Source: Pristiophorus japonicus (Eukaryota). From it: a stretch of 64,000 nt of DNA. The notes below the pieces were generated by a model. It made no database searches, was not told the origin of the DNA, and was given only the letters and a program-made list of their open reading frames with translations. Below are positions 51,101 through 62,828 of this stretch, piece after piece. A program made the translations under genes and the position numbers. Within the stretch, counting starts at the first letter, position 1; every line of letters starts with the position of its first letter. The stretch is from contig NC_091999.1 in assembly GCF_044704955.1 (NCBI RefSeq), positions 11,036,001 to 11,100,000 on the forward strand, written 5' to 3'.

Positions 51101-51826
51101 GAACCAGTGCCATCACGAAAATGCTGCCAATATGATCCGGACTTCCGTTCTCACCTGGATAAACAGAATCAATAATTCAACCTGAGATTCGTGGGGAAAT
51201 TCTTAAACTTGCAACAAAAAAAGCACGCAACCAGAGCAGATGAGGTGCTCTGCAGGAATGACGTTAGTTAGTGAGTGCAATGCACAATTATCACAAATCT
51301 ATCTGTGGCACCTTAACTCGTGGCGGTCTGCAATATTGTGCAGCCCATTTCACAACACCGAAGTTATTGTTCCAGATCCTTTGATCGAGGCCTGTACACA
51401 GGGTTTATTTGATCAGAGTATGTTGCTGGGTCAGAGATAGTTCATTCACAATGCACAGATTTCACAAGGTAGTTACTGTTCTCTTCCAAACAAGTCCCAA
51501 GCACAGAGCTCCTCCTTTTCCATTGCCCTTCTGATTGTTTCTTTAATTCTTCCACCATTAACCCTCAGCTTCCGGGTTACAATAACCAGAAAGGAGTTTC
51601 ATTTCCAACTCAGGTCTCCAAAGACGGAACCATTCCGGTATAAGCACATTGACTGTAGCCCAGTTCTTGTTGATTCCCTTCACTGGTAGACAGCTCACAG
51701 CACCAGTGGGAACAAAAGGAAATGTGGTGAGAGCATCCTGAGACATGATGGCAGATTATTGAGGCTGGTGATTCGAACGGATGTTTGCAAATATCCAACC
51801 ATCCTTTTACGCAGCGTACAACGAGA

Positions 51827-52316
51827 ATGCGGCTGCTCAGCATCTGGGTTGTATGTTGGACATTTCTGACAGATAATTGTGGATCGAACACACGTCATCT
51901 TTTATCCATTTATGATATGGTTCAAATCTGAATTTCAAACACCGTATCTCTCCTGTTGAACATATTTTTCAGATCTGAGTCATGGAGATTCTGCCACTCA
52001 GCCACTGTCTTCAGGAGTGAGGACAGAAGGAGAAGCGAAGACTTTAAGCCACATCTATGATACTACACAAGCGGCTATTATATATGCTGATAACGGCAAT
52101 TCCTAGACACACAGCACGAGTTTATTCTGATGAAAACCCCGAGCGTTTATGAAGCTCAGGCAGCATTTGCAGAAACCCGCTTCACTGCAAAGCTCCTGAA
52201 CCATGAATAAATTCACCAATTTAATCATCTCGCGGATGCAGCTGACCGACACGAGCTGATTACTGTGCTCTGAGACTCCCGATGATGGAAACCCGTTGAA
52301 CTCTCGTATAGAACTA
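51827..52316 (+). pseudogene. TCR alpha/delta V pseudogene
   Basis: Leader MRLLSIWVVCWTFLT (51827-51872) with donor mutated to ATAATT; exon from 51973 DLSHGDSATQPLSSGVRTEGEAKTLS.. with stops/frameshifts, ending LIISRMQLTDT..YCALR; decayed 23-RSS. Confidence 0.8.
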
Positions 52317-52595
52317 CTGCCACATTGTAGATCAGAAGTAAACTGAGTCCCGAGGGAGTAGCGAGAAACATCTGACTATGGCGCGCTCTGGCGGTTTTGA
52401 TTGTTCACAGACTGAATGCAATCACAGTCAGTGTATCTACGGGGCAGCCTCCAGCGCGCATTTATTTGGAGATGTATTGCAGCGATATTAATCACAAATG
52501 TCGATGAACATATATGGTCCTAATTCAGTTTAACTCGTGCTTATTCGTTTACTTTGTCACATTTCTAAAGGAAAGCATTTGATTGAAGCTCAATT

Positions 52596-52915
52596 CTTCA
52601 TCATCATCATAGGCAGTTCCTCAGAATCGAGGAAGACATGCTTCCACTTTTAGCATGAGTTCTTAGGTGGCTGTACAGTCCAATACGAGAACTGCAGTCT
52701 CTGTCACAGGTGGGACAGACAGTGGTTGAAGGAAACGGTGGGCGGGAAGTCTGGTTTGCCGCACGCTCATTCTGCTGCCTGCGCTTAGTCTCTGCATGCT
52801 CTCGGCGATGATACTCGAGGAGCACAGTGCCCTGCCTGATGCACTTCCTCAACCTAGGGCCGTCTTTGGCCAGGGATTCCCAGGTGCCAATGGGGATGTC
52901 GCAGTTTATCAGGTA
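52596..52915 (-). mobile_element. RTE LINE 3' fragment
   Basis: CPTCDRDCSSRIGLYSHLRTH; (ATG)n-type tail. Confidence 0.85.
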
Positions 52916-53263
52916 TGGAACCACAGAAATGCCGAATTTATTACCGCGCCACATGCAGAGGATGCAGATTTGTCACATCATTCCCACCTATCCAATATAC
53001 TGTGGGATTGCTTAATGTAACTTCTGCCATTTTTAAGTTGTCACTGAGCTTTCGTTATTATCTTTTATTATTAACGTGAATTGAAATCACCAACTAATAT
53101 AATTTCGCCAGTGTACCTCACCTGGTCTTGTTGAGTCTTGTGATGTGTTGCCTTTCAAGAAGTTCCTTGTGAAGCACTGCAGAGGATGAATTATTTCTTC
53201 TGTTAAATGGCGTGAGAGTGACATCTGCTGAGCACGAATTGGAACTCTCACTGTCGGCGATAC

Positions 53264-54400
53264 CAACAACAACAACAACTTGTACTTATATAGCGCCATG
53301 AATGTAGTAAAATATTCTAAGGCGCTTCTTGCTGCTGTTTTAAGACAAACATTTGATTCCGAGCCAAATAACGAACAATTCGGGCAGATGACCAAAAGCT
53401 TTTTCAAAAACGTACGTTTTAAGGAGCGTTTTAAAGGAGGAACAAGAGGGAAAGAGGCTGTTCCGTTTCGGCAGAGAGGTCCTGAGATTATGGCCTCGGC
53501 AACTGATGCCCAGCCATGAATAACTGCAGGAATGCGCAACATGGCAGAATTCGATATGCACTGAAATTTCGAAGGGAAAGTGGGGTCAGAGGAGATTACA
53601 GAGATAGGGAGGTGCGATGCCATGGAGAGATTTGAAAACAAGGATGATAATTTTGAAATGCAGGCAAAGCTTAATCGGGAGCTAATGTAGGTTAGCGAGC
53701 ACAGGTTTGATGGTCGAATGGGACTTGGTGCGAGTTCGGACATGTGCAGCCATGTTGGATGACTTCAAGTTTATGTAGGCTTGAATGTGGGTGGGTGGCC
53801 AGGGAACGCAGATTGTGACTGGGACCGAAAACAATGGTTTTGTGCATCCCAAAATTGAATTGCAGACATTTCTGCACGTCTACTGCTGGATGTCGGACAA
53901 GCAGTCTGATAATTTCGAGACGGTGGAGGAGTCGGGAGAAGTGGCGATGAGGCATAGCTGTGCATCTTCAGCATACATGGTGAAAGTGAGGCTAAGCTTT
54001 AGGGTAATGTCGCTAAGAGGTCGAATGTAGATGAGAAATAGGAGAGGGCAAGGATAAATCCTTGGAGGACACCAGAGGTAACGATGCAGGAGTGGGAAGT
54101 GAAGCCATTGCTGGTGATTCTCTGGGTACAATTATATAAATAAGAATGGAACCAGTCGATTGCAGTCCCTCACAGCTGGACATCCTTGGAGAGGCGTTGG
54201 AGAAGCACAGAGTGATCATCCATGTCAAAGATTGCAGACAAGTCAAGAAGGGCAGGAGGGTCAGTCACAAACGATGTAATTTGTGTCTTTGATGAGAGCT
54301 ATTCTGGCAAGGCGGCAGGTGTGCAAACCTGATTGGATCGAATCAAACAAGGAGTAATGGGAAAGATTTTCACCGATTTGGGAGGCGACAACACGTTCAA
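53264..54400 (-). mobile_element. L2-clade LINE 3' portion
   Basis: YAEDAQL (YADDTQL-like) RT remnant; tail GCGCTATATAAGTACAAG(TTG)n. Confidence 0.85.
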
Positions 54401-54884
54401 CACTATCCCTCCACGGAGATAAAACAAATATTGTGGAGGCTGCCGGGGGTACTGAATGTACCAGAACACATACGGCTTAAGTTCTGTTTCATCTTGAAAT
54501 TTTCCAGTTTTGACGAAAGGTCACAAACCCGAGACGTTTACTCTGTTTCTCTCCATAGATACTGCCTGCCCGCTGAGATTTCAGGTTCCAGCATCCGCAA
54601 TATATTACTGTTGTAAGCTCAGTACCTCTTGTTTTCAAAGTGCAAATTGGTGTGGCATCAATTTCCTCTTCAACCATCATCACAGCGATCGGCTGTTCCA
54701 CTGTGTCTTGGTAGCTCCATTCAAACACAAAATAAGTATAATAGTCACCATCATCAGCGTCATAATTTTACCACAATCAACATCTGGATTACAGCAGTCA
54801 TGGGGAGAATGGACTTTTGCTAGGAAATAAAACCTTGCTGAGAAGTGATATTATGATGAGGAGTGGTGCGAGACGGTCCAGCAT
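54400..54884 (-). pseudogene. TCR V pseudogene disrupted by two insertions
   Basis: Leader MLDRLAPLLIIISLLSK (54884-54834); QDTVEQPIAVMMVEEEIDATPICTLKTRGTEL [~135-bp repeat insertion ~54614-54478] KPYVFWYIQYPRQPPQYLFYLRGGIV, then cut by L2. Confidence 0.75.
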
Positions 54885-55374
54885 GATGCTCCCTGAGTAT
54901 ATAATACTGCAGTCCGGGAAATCCTCTGTCGGAGCAGAAGTACTGATCCCAGCTTCACTGCACTGCACATCCAACAAATGCCAAACAGGGAAGAGCAGCA
55001 ACAATCTGTCTATTAACACAGGACAGGCAAGGCCGGTCAGAGCGAGCGCAGCATACGGAAGCTGTGGGCGGGGCTGCCACGGGCAGTGTTGTCACACGTA
55101 GGATTCACTTGTTAGGTCAGAATTCAATAATAATGCCCCCTTTGGAAAATTACATAACCCCGCCTCTCCAGAAGGCTCCGTTAGTTTTATAGTTAATAAC
55201 AATTCGGTGCAAGCAGGTTCACGACAGTAATTTCAGATTTATTAAATTAATCAATACTTGCTGTCATCTCCATCACTTAGGAGGATTAAAACCAATGGTT
55301 GAAAGACGGAGAGAAATAGAAAAAATCTGCAACCATTCCGAAAGTTCTGCAGGCGCACAGATTATTTACATAAG

Positions 55375-56068
55375 AACATAAGAATTCGGAGCCTGCTCCA
55401 CCATTTAATAACATCATGGATGATCTGATCTTGGGCTCAAATCGACACCTTGCCCGCTCCCCATAACCGTTCACTCGCTTATCATTCAGAAATCTGTCTA
55501 TCTCCATGTTAAATATGATTAATGCCCTTGCATCCTCAGCTCTCTGGGGCAGAGAATTCCACAGATGTACAACCATCTGCAATAAAATCATTTCTCATTC
55601 TTCTAAACTCTAATGAGTATAGGCAAAAGCAGCTCATGTTTTCTTCATAAGTCAACCCCCTAATCGCCAGAATCAACCGAGTTAACCTTCTTTGTACTGC
55701 CTCCAATCCAAGCATATCCTTCCTTACATAAGGATACCAAAACTGTACGCAGTACGCCAGTGTGGCCTCACCAATATCCTGTACAGTTCCAGCACGACTT
55801 CCCTGCTGTATACTCTATTCCCTTTTCAATAAAGGCCATCATTCCATTTGCTTTCCGGATTACTTCCTGTACCTGCAAACTAACTTTTTGTGTTTCATGC
55901 ACAAGGATTGAAATCAGTACAGCGGGCCCTGGGGAGCCTTGTGGATGAAACACAAAAAGTTAGTATGCAGGTACAGCAGGGAATCAGGAAGGCAAATGGA
56001 ATGTTGGGTTTTTTTTGTAAGGGGGTAGAATATAAAAGCAAAGAAGTCCTGCTGCAACTTTATCAGAT
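55375..56068. mobile_element. Two CR1 fragments in opposite orientation forming an inverted repeat
   Basis: ~55780-55906 (-) and ~55937-56065 (+) encode the same segment ETQKVS(L/M)QVQ..IRKANGM. Confidence 0.85.
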
Positions 56069-57256
56069 TTACGTTAATTTGCTGCAAAGCTCTGCTCGGC
56101 TGTTCACTCCATTCTCCCTGATGAAAATTCAAAGTTCTGAAGATTAATGATCTTTAAATCATTCACTACCACTATAAAGGTCAGGACTCACCAGGTAGAA
56201 TTTAATCATCATTTTAACTGCAAACCACAGAAGGGGACGGTGCTACAAACGCTGTTTAAATCACAGGGATTGCTATAATTAATCATTGTTAGTTCACTCG
56301 CTAACTGAATGTGAGGAAATGGTCACTATTTTCACAGTTAACAGCGTCCTGCCGGTAAAGGTAACGGAACTATAGGCAATGAATCGACCCCAGAATAAAC
56401 CAAACTAATAACAATTCTTCAGATTTCAGGTCACAATAACCAGACAATATATTCCTTTCTTCCCTGCTCTATAGCGGAAGAATTTTCCGACAAGGACACA
56501 GACTGCAGTCCAGCTCGGGTGTCAGAAATTCCTCCCACAGAAGAGTAATTATTCTTGTGCTGCCAGCAGGGAGCAAAGCTCCCGCACAGTAGCCCCATTG
56601 CTGCTGTCCGCTCAGTAAAGTGTAGTAGAGTATTTAAGATTAACGCTCAACACCAGGTCTGGATTCGAAGATTGAAGCAGTCTTTAATGTGCTTGAAAGT
56701 GAAGGGCATATCTGCAGTCCACCTGTTGCTGAGCTTTGCTCACCTGCTCTCCCTGAACAAAGAAAACACAGGGTTTTTATATAGTTCCTCGACCTATAAT
56801 GGCCGGATATCCAATACATGAGACAGACATAGATTTGAATGGTCAAATCCCTTGTCGCTGAAAGTAAATTTACAATCCTGACCACGCCTATCTCCAGTAC
56901 TTTTCCATGAACTTCACTGTACCACAAAAATTCATTAGTACATTGGAATGTTATCTTATCTCTCTTGCCTTGATAGAGGGAGTTTTTCATTTATATCACT
57001 TTTGACCCCTTGCCTTGTTTAGCTGCCCCTCTGGGCTTCCTGTGCTTCAACTGTTTGGCCTCCTGAAATTGTCCTCAGGTTACACATTTTGTAACAATTA
57101 ATCATTCTGATATGTTATTTCCCTTTACATACCTTTAGAAAGTCGACCACTACAAAAGCCTATGTCAGCTCGTTTTAGTTCGAAGGTCCATTCTTAACCA
57201 TTTAATGATAACAGAGCTCGATAGTCCCACTTCAGACGGTAAGGCTGGATATTAGC

Positions 57257-59420
57257 TGTTACTGCTGTGGGGAGCTCGTTTCGCTTCCATTGATTATAAC
57301 GTTGTATTACCCGTGCACACTCAGTTGTAGTAAAGGCCGGATCTTTATTTAGGCATTCAGACATTCACAAGCCAACAACTCTGCTTGCAAAGGCAGCTCT
57401 TGTGAAGTTACACAATTTTCAAGATTCCAGTTACTCTACAGTCCAAGTGTCTCTACAGTCCAAAAGAGTCTCTGTAGTCCATACGAGTCTCTACAGTCCA
57501 TAAGTCTGTGTGACAAAAGCCAGTTCCATCTTTTATATCTAAAAAGCCTTTGAACTCTTATTCTTTGCATTGAGACAATCAAGACGAACTGCTTTCTGAA
57601 TCGTTTAAAATACATACTATTATTACCACCGTAACAAAGTATTCAAACACTTAACATTGCTTGCTTAACCTACGATATCATTAAATAGTAACAAATGTAC
57701 AATAGAATACTGAACATACAGAATCGTTTCCTCGCACAGTAAAACAGTTACACTCAAATATAACATACAGATATCAACAAATCGTTTCGTCATGAATTTC
57801 CTTCATTCTCACCGTAACAAGGTACTGAAATATTTAACACCCAGACAATGGCCAGTCACTCATCTCACTGGCTGGAAGGCAGCACATTGTCCAGCAGTCT
57901 CTTTTTGATCCAAACTTCCAATCCTCTTGTTTTTTAAACCAAACTTCAGACCGCGTGCTGAAGCAAAGAGTTCTGTAATGCGCGACTGTGCTTGCACATT
58001 CCATCACTTCATCTCCTCGCCTCTCTGTAGGTCTTATCTGGGTAACATAGATTTGCCTGGTCGCTCGAGCTCGTTCAAAGGCATTGTCCAGTTGTAGACC
58101 TTGTGTTTGAACATGACATCAGCAGTAAATCAAAATGACCAGCACAATTAGTGGAACAGCACCAGCATAATGACAGGGTGTATCATGGTGTTCATCGCGA
58201 CTGTTGCCATCGGGATCATCCAACAATGACTCCGACCAAGTTACATCTCCAATCTGGTCCAAAGTAATGCGAATGTACTCGATTTCCGCAGTGTGATGGT
58301 TAATGTCCACAACAATTGATTGATTCAAACTCTGTAGCTGTTGAAATCTTGTACTCCATTTCCACATTTCCTTCTTCCAAATTGCAGCACGATTCGGGTC
58401 AAAGTTGAGTTGTTGTAGATTCAAATTCTCAGTATGCTATTTTAAAGTCCGGTGGTCTGTGATCACCATACCCATTTTCACTTAAACGTCAACTTTCAAT
58501 TTCTGATGTATTCGACTGAATTCCATGTTGTTTACATTCAGAAATGTAAACTCGCAATCGGTGTCTTCAACCAAGTCTGTTGCCCTCTGCACAGTTTTAA
58601 ACAATTTACTCTGTTTTGTGGGAAATGTGTAACAACACAGAGCAAAGGATAACGGAAATACTGAAAATTCAGTCGAGTGTCCCAGTCCTTCTCTCAGTTC
58701 ACCCTTCGGAACTACTGTAATTTCCTCTCTCGACATTTGCAATGCTCCATCTTCTATTTCGCATCCTTTTAGATCATGATTATAACTCCCGCATTTGAGC
58801 TTTTCACTTAACATCTCATCAGTTCTGAGACAGCTCATTCCTGCAGGAACTTTAAATGCTTCTGAACAAGTTTCTTCCACTGCTTTCATTTCTACAGACT
58901 GTTCAGTAACTGCTCTTTGTGCAACTGAGGTTATGGGATACTATTTCTGAAGAGGGGATTCCCCTTCCTCCAGGAGCACCTCAACGTTCATTTGTCTGGC
59001 AGACCCTGTGTCAATCACCCGCTGTCCTTCTACACATACCTGGATAAAGGCATGGCCACCCCTATCCTGATGTAAAGGTCCAAAAGCAACGACATGTGAA
59101 GTTGAGGCGCGGCATCAGTATCGGAATCCTCCCTCACCTGCGGAATCTACCCCAACCTCAGCAACTAAACCGAGGTATCATTTCTGACTGTGAATCTAGC
59201 TTCTCTTTCCTGATTCTTCAATTTTTCTTTTAGCTTTTCCAAATCTTTATCCAGTCTATCCCTGTGCTCTATCAACTGACTGGTCGGGATCCAGGCACCA
59301 CCGAGACCTGCTACTTTTATGCGATAACTCGCGGGATTTATCCACTCAAGCCCATCTGCCTTCCATTGCTGTATCCCTGTCTCACTTCCATGACTGGGAT
59401 ACCTGCAGCTCTCTGATTCG
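57257..59420 (-). mobile_element. Degraded, internally deleted LTR retroelement/ERV-like remnant (gag end, protease, env-like C-terminus)
   Basis: MPFIQVCVEGQRVIDTGSA aspartic protease motif (~59075-59000); Cys-rich and heptad + hydrophobic TM-like remnants 58889-58119; LTR-like segment with minus-strand AATAAA near 57345; boundaries uncertain. Confidence 0.6.
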
Positions 59421-59498
59421 GTTCGGGTTCTTCTGAGGCGAGCTGTCTGCTGCGTTATTCTTCACACTGTAATCTCATGGATGTATTAATCGGTACAT

Positions 59499-59935
59499 GT
59501 GAAGCTATTACTCGTTATTCTGTTGCACCTAACACTTAGGTACAGGAGCTGAGCGCAATAACCCGCAGTGTTTTTTATTCGCTTTGCTCCAGTTTTTTAT
59601 TATATGAATATTTTTACAGGTCGATGTCTCACGAACCAATTGCTGCGATAACATTCCGAAGGGGTGAATCAGTGCTGATAAACTGTAGCTATGACACGTC
59701 CAGCATTTACGCCATGCACTGGTACACACAGAAATCTAGTCAGCGACTCGAGTGGGTAAAAATGCGACCATCGCATGGCAAAGGGAGCAGAGCCTGATTT
59801 GAATTCGATCTTTCCACTGCGGACAAACGCGGCCAACTGGCCATTGAGAGCTCGGAGAGCTCGGATACCGCTGTGTATTATTGTGCGATAGAGTCACACA
59901 CGAAGAGGAAATGCAGTAGTCACTTTACAGAAACC
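59499..59935 (+). pseudogene. TCR V pseudogene with 23-RSS
   Basis: Leader-like (V)KLLLVILLHLTLR 59499-59539 without in-frame ATG; exon from 59620 ..RRGESVLINCSYDTSSIYAMHWYTQKSSQRLEWV..SRA*FEF..SDTAVYYCAIES; CACACGA-23-ACAGAAACC (59897-59935). Confidence 0.85.
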
Positions 59936-60619
59936 TCCATCCTGTTTACAATTCCGTAACAGCTGCTGCAATCTCTCCAATAACACAGGGCTGGCAAGGA
60001 GGGTCACAACGAGAGCAGCAAACGGAAGCTGTAGGCAGGGCTGCTGCAGGCAGTGTTACCGCAATGCATGTCTCTAACATTTCCAGTTGATAGTAGATTT
60101 GATCAGATGTATTGGTAGTCACAGCCTAAAGAATTCACCTGCGGAGCCAGTCGCTCAGTGAGTGCAGACTTTATTGTGAGGAAAACTTTAGCATTGCTAA
60201 ATTGTTGGACTATATTCACCAGCCCCGAGTCAATCACTTTATTGATTGTTGGTTTATGTGATGTTTGGTTTATGTGGCCTGTGACGACTTATCGAGAGCA
60301 TTAAGTTCCTTCTCCTGTAACATTCATGTTTACACTTAAATATCTTCCTGCATTTCCCGATTCCAGTGATTCCTTTCTGTGTGTAGTTGCATTGAGGTCA
60401 CCCTGATACAAACTTTTTCCGCTGCTCAGTGACGGAAACGAGGCCCATAGAGGCCGTTTTACATCTGCCGGTCAGTTATCAGCCAGGTTCCCTCTATAAT
60501 GTAATTTCACTCATCAATCTGCATTTGTGTGTAAATATATTGATGTATAATATTTATTATTAATAAATATACTCACGTGCGAGAGTTACTAAACAAGGTC
60601 GAATCTGCAAGCGTTAGGT

Positions 60620-61020
60620 GTCAGCTGCTGAGGGTTCACAGCTCAGTCCTGAGACTTGAGCACATCATCTAGGCTGATACTTCAATGCAGAAGTCGGGGA
60701 ATACAGAATTATTTCGCAGAAGATGTTAATCCCATCTGCTCTCTCAGGTATTTGTAAAATATCCCAATGCCACTATTTCGAAAAAGAGCTGAGGAGTACT
60801 CCCCTGTGTCCTGTCCAATACTTATCCCTTAATCAACATCACTAAAAACAGACTATCATAAAATTATTGCTCTTTGTGTGATCTTGATATGCTCCGATTA
60901 GCTGCCATGTTTCCTACATTACAACAGTGACTGCACTCTTAAAATGTAGTGTAATCATTGTAAAAGGCTTTTCAGGGTCCCGAAGTCATGAAAGATGCTG
61001 AATAAATGCAACATCTTTCT
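60620..61020 (+). mobile_element. DeuSINE (second copy)
   Basis: Aligns by eye with 42500-42955 (CTGCTCTCTCAGGT..CACTATTTCGAA..TTTCCTACATTACAACAGTGACT). Confidence 0.75.
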
Positions 61021-61200
61021 TCTTGTGTTCTTTCCTTCCCTTTCATTTATGTGCCAGCAGGCTGTATTGTTCATGAGTAAAGGTAAATACATATGAGAAT
61101 TAATAGTAAAATAACTGATCAAGAATACAGGGCCAATCTCAGACTTGCTCCTGATCACAATGTTACCTGGACGTGCTGATATGCTGCGCGATGCTTTGAC

Positions 61201-61239
61201 AGTTTTTGTACAGCTCCAGCCCTGCACCGTGCCTCTGTG
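61201..61239 (-). other. 23-RSS
   Basis: Minus strand CACAGAG + 23 nt + ACAAAAACT. Confidence 0.92.
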
Positions 61240-62143
61240 GGGTTCAGAGCGCAGTAATATACCGCGGAGTCTGCCAGTTGTGTTTCAGACACATTCAGTG
61301 GGACGGTTCGTCTCAAATCATTCAACTTCGCTGAAAAACGGTCCCCTGGAGGTCTCTCTTTTTGTTCGGTATATTTGTTAATCTGCAGTAGATATTTTAT
61401 TGATCCGCTGGGATACTGACGGTACCAGAATAGGTAAGGAGTGCTCCCACTTGTAGCTGTGTAATTACAGTGCAACTGAACATCGTCTCCTGCACTTACT
61501 GTGGTTTCAGCCGGTGTCTGTGAAATGGAGTCTCCTCGACAATGTCCTGCAAGAGCCCAGAATTATACTAAATTAAACAGTGTCACTTCATTGTGTCTAT
61601 CACCCATAATGAATCTGTCATCCCCAACACTTGCCTGGGAAGTAACTCTGGGTAATTAAACAGAAATATATTTTCACGCAACTCAAATGCTGCAACTGGA
61701 AGGTGCTTGCATCGACTGAATAAATCTTCCTTCAATGAACCTTCAGCGGGATCAGTTCCTCACCTTCATATCTTGTGATGTGAAGGGAAAACTACAAACG
61801 GTCTGCAAGTTTACGACCCCTGTGTCTGTCAAAGTCCGTAATTGGCCCTGGCGGGCCTGGTGAGTCTGCGTGTCAGTCGCATGTAATCTCACCTGAACTG
61901 AACCGCTTTCAGTCACTGGGAATTATGGCGAGTTTTCCGAAACAGTTCTCAGTGGTGAGTCAAGGTGAATCCTAATGTTCTTCTCCACTTTAGATCAATC
62001 TATTGATATTCTTGTGTTCAGGGTAGTGACCGATTAAGTATAATGTATGATGCAGATGAGCAACACAGTGTTGTGCAACTTGTGAACTTACCAGTTAAGA
62101 CAGTTGTAGATGTGATGAACAAATAAAAAGTAACATCCACCAT
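61240..62143 (-). CDS. Intact TCR alpha/delta V gene segment (probable leader 62143-62092; V exon 61546-61240)
   Basis: Leader MVDVTFYLFITSTTVLT + GTAAG phase 1; acceptor TTGCAG; GHCRGDSISQTPAETTVSAGDDVQLHCNYTATSGSTPYLFWYRQYPSGSIKYLLQ...LADSAVYYCALNP, open. Confidence 0.9.
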
Positions 62144-62459
62144 GTTTGTTTGCAGATTTCAACAGAACGGTTTGAAGCTGAAATTGTTTTTCATCAAGAG
62201 TAGGGAGAGGTTGACTAACATCCGGCCTCTTTGCTGATTGGACCGTTCTTGACAGAGACAGCAGGTGATATATAATCAACTCACGTGTCCTGTGTTCTTC
62301 AATTCATCCAATCATCTTACAGCCCTTTGTTCCCCAAGTCAACCGATCTGCTCACTGTGCTTTGTTCTCCAATTCATCCAATCAGCTCACAGCTCATTTG
62401 TTCTGCAAAGTGGACAGCAGGGAAAGGAGTGCAAAAATATTTACAACAGAAAATGCCTG

Positions 62460-62582
62460 GGGATTAAAGCCAATGTTGGCCCTTTAATAGGCAATTGAGG
62501 CCAATGTTTGCCCTTTAACAAGGGATTGAAGCCAAAGTTGATCCTTTAACACATAATTAAAGCCAATGTTGCCCCTTTAACG
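62460..62582. repeat. ~31-bp minisatellite x4 (ATTAAAGCCAATGTTGGCCCTTTAA...)
   Basis: Visible tandem copies. Confidence 0.8.
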
Positions 62583-62828
62583 GGGTCACTCTGGGCGGTG
62601 GAGGCAGTGAAGGGATACATTAACATTGTTCTGGTATCAGTACCGCAGGCTTCATTTAAAAGAGCTGCTCACTCACCATTGAAATCAGCTCACATAGAAT
62701 TTTGCAGAGCCTACAGCAGAGAAATTCGTCATTTGGCGAAACTAGTCTGCATACTTTGGTTTAGGTTCCATTGTTAGTTCACAATCCCGGTTACAGATCT
62801 AATTTATTGACAGGAGAGTCTATTGCTG

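Larger units (their letters stand above)
48483..51192 (-). pseudogene. TCR alpha/delta V pseudogene (V exon 48822 to ~48522; probable leader remnant 51192-51155)
   Basis: Minus strand DKFQCSLVMQPQYEMNVYEADKSQLNCNYNSSSDAPNCYWYELYPK*ALQFILY...LSISAAETEDKPAYCCGLR; nonamer GCAAAAACC (48483-48491), heptamer decayed; leader assignment less certain. Confidence 0.8.

Noticed and set aside
53087-53743. 218-aa minus ORF
   Set aside because: Off-frame read through the L2 3' end and flank; no coherent domain
56470-56990. J-like FRQGHRL (+) and V-like KITFQC..LWY (ORF 56640-56990, -)
   Set aside because: No RSS, motifs incomplete, cysteine spacing wrong; at most unrecognisably decayed
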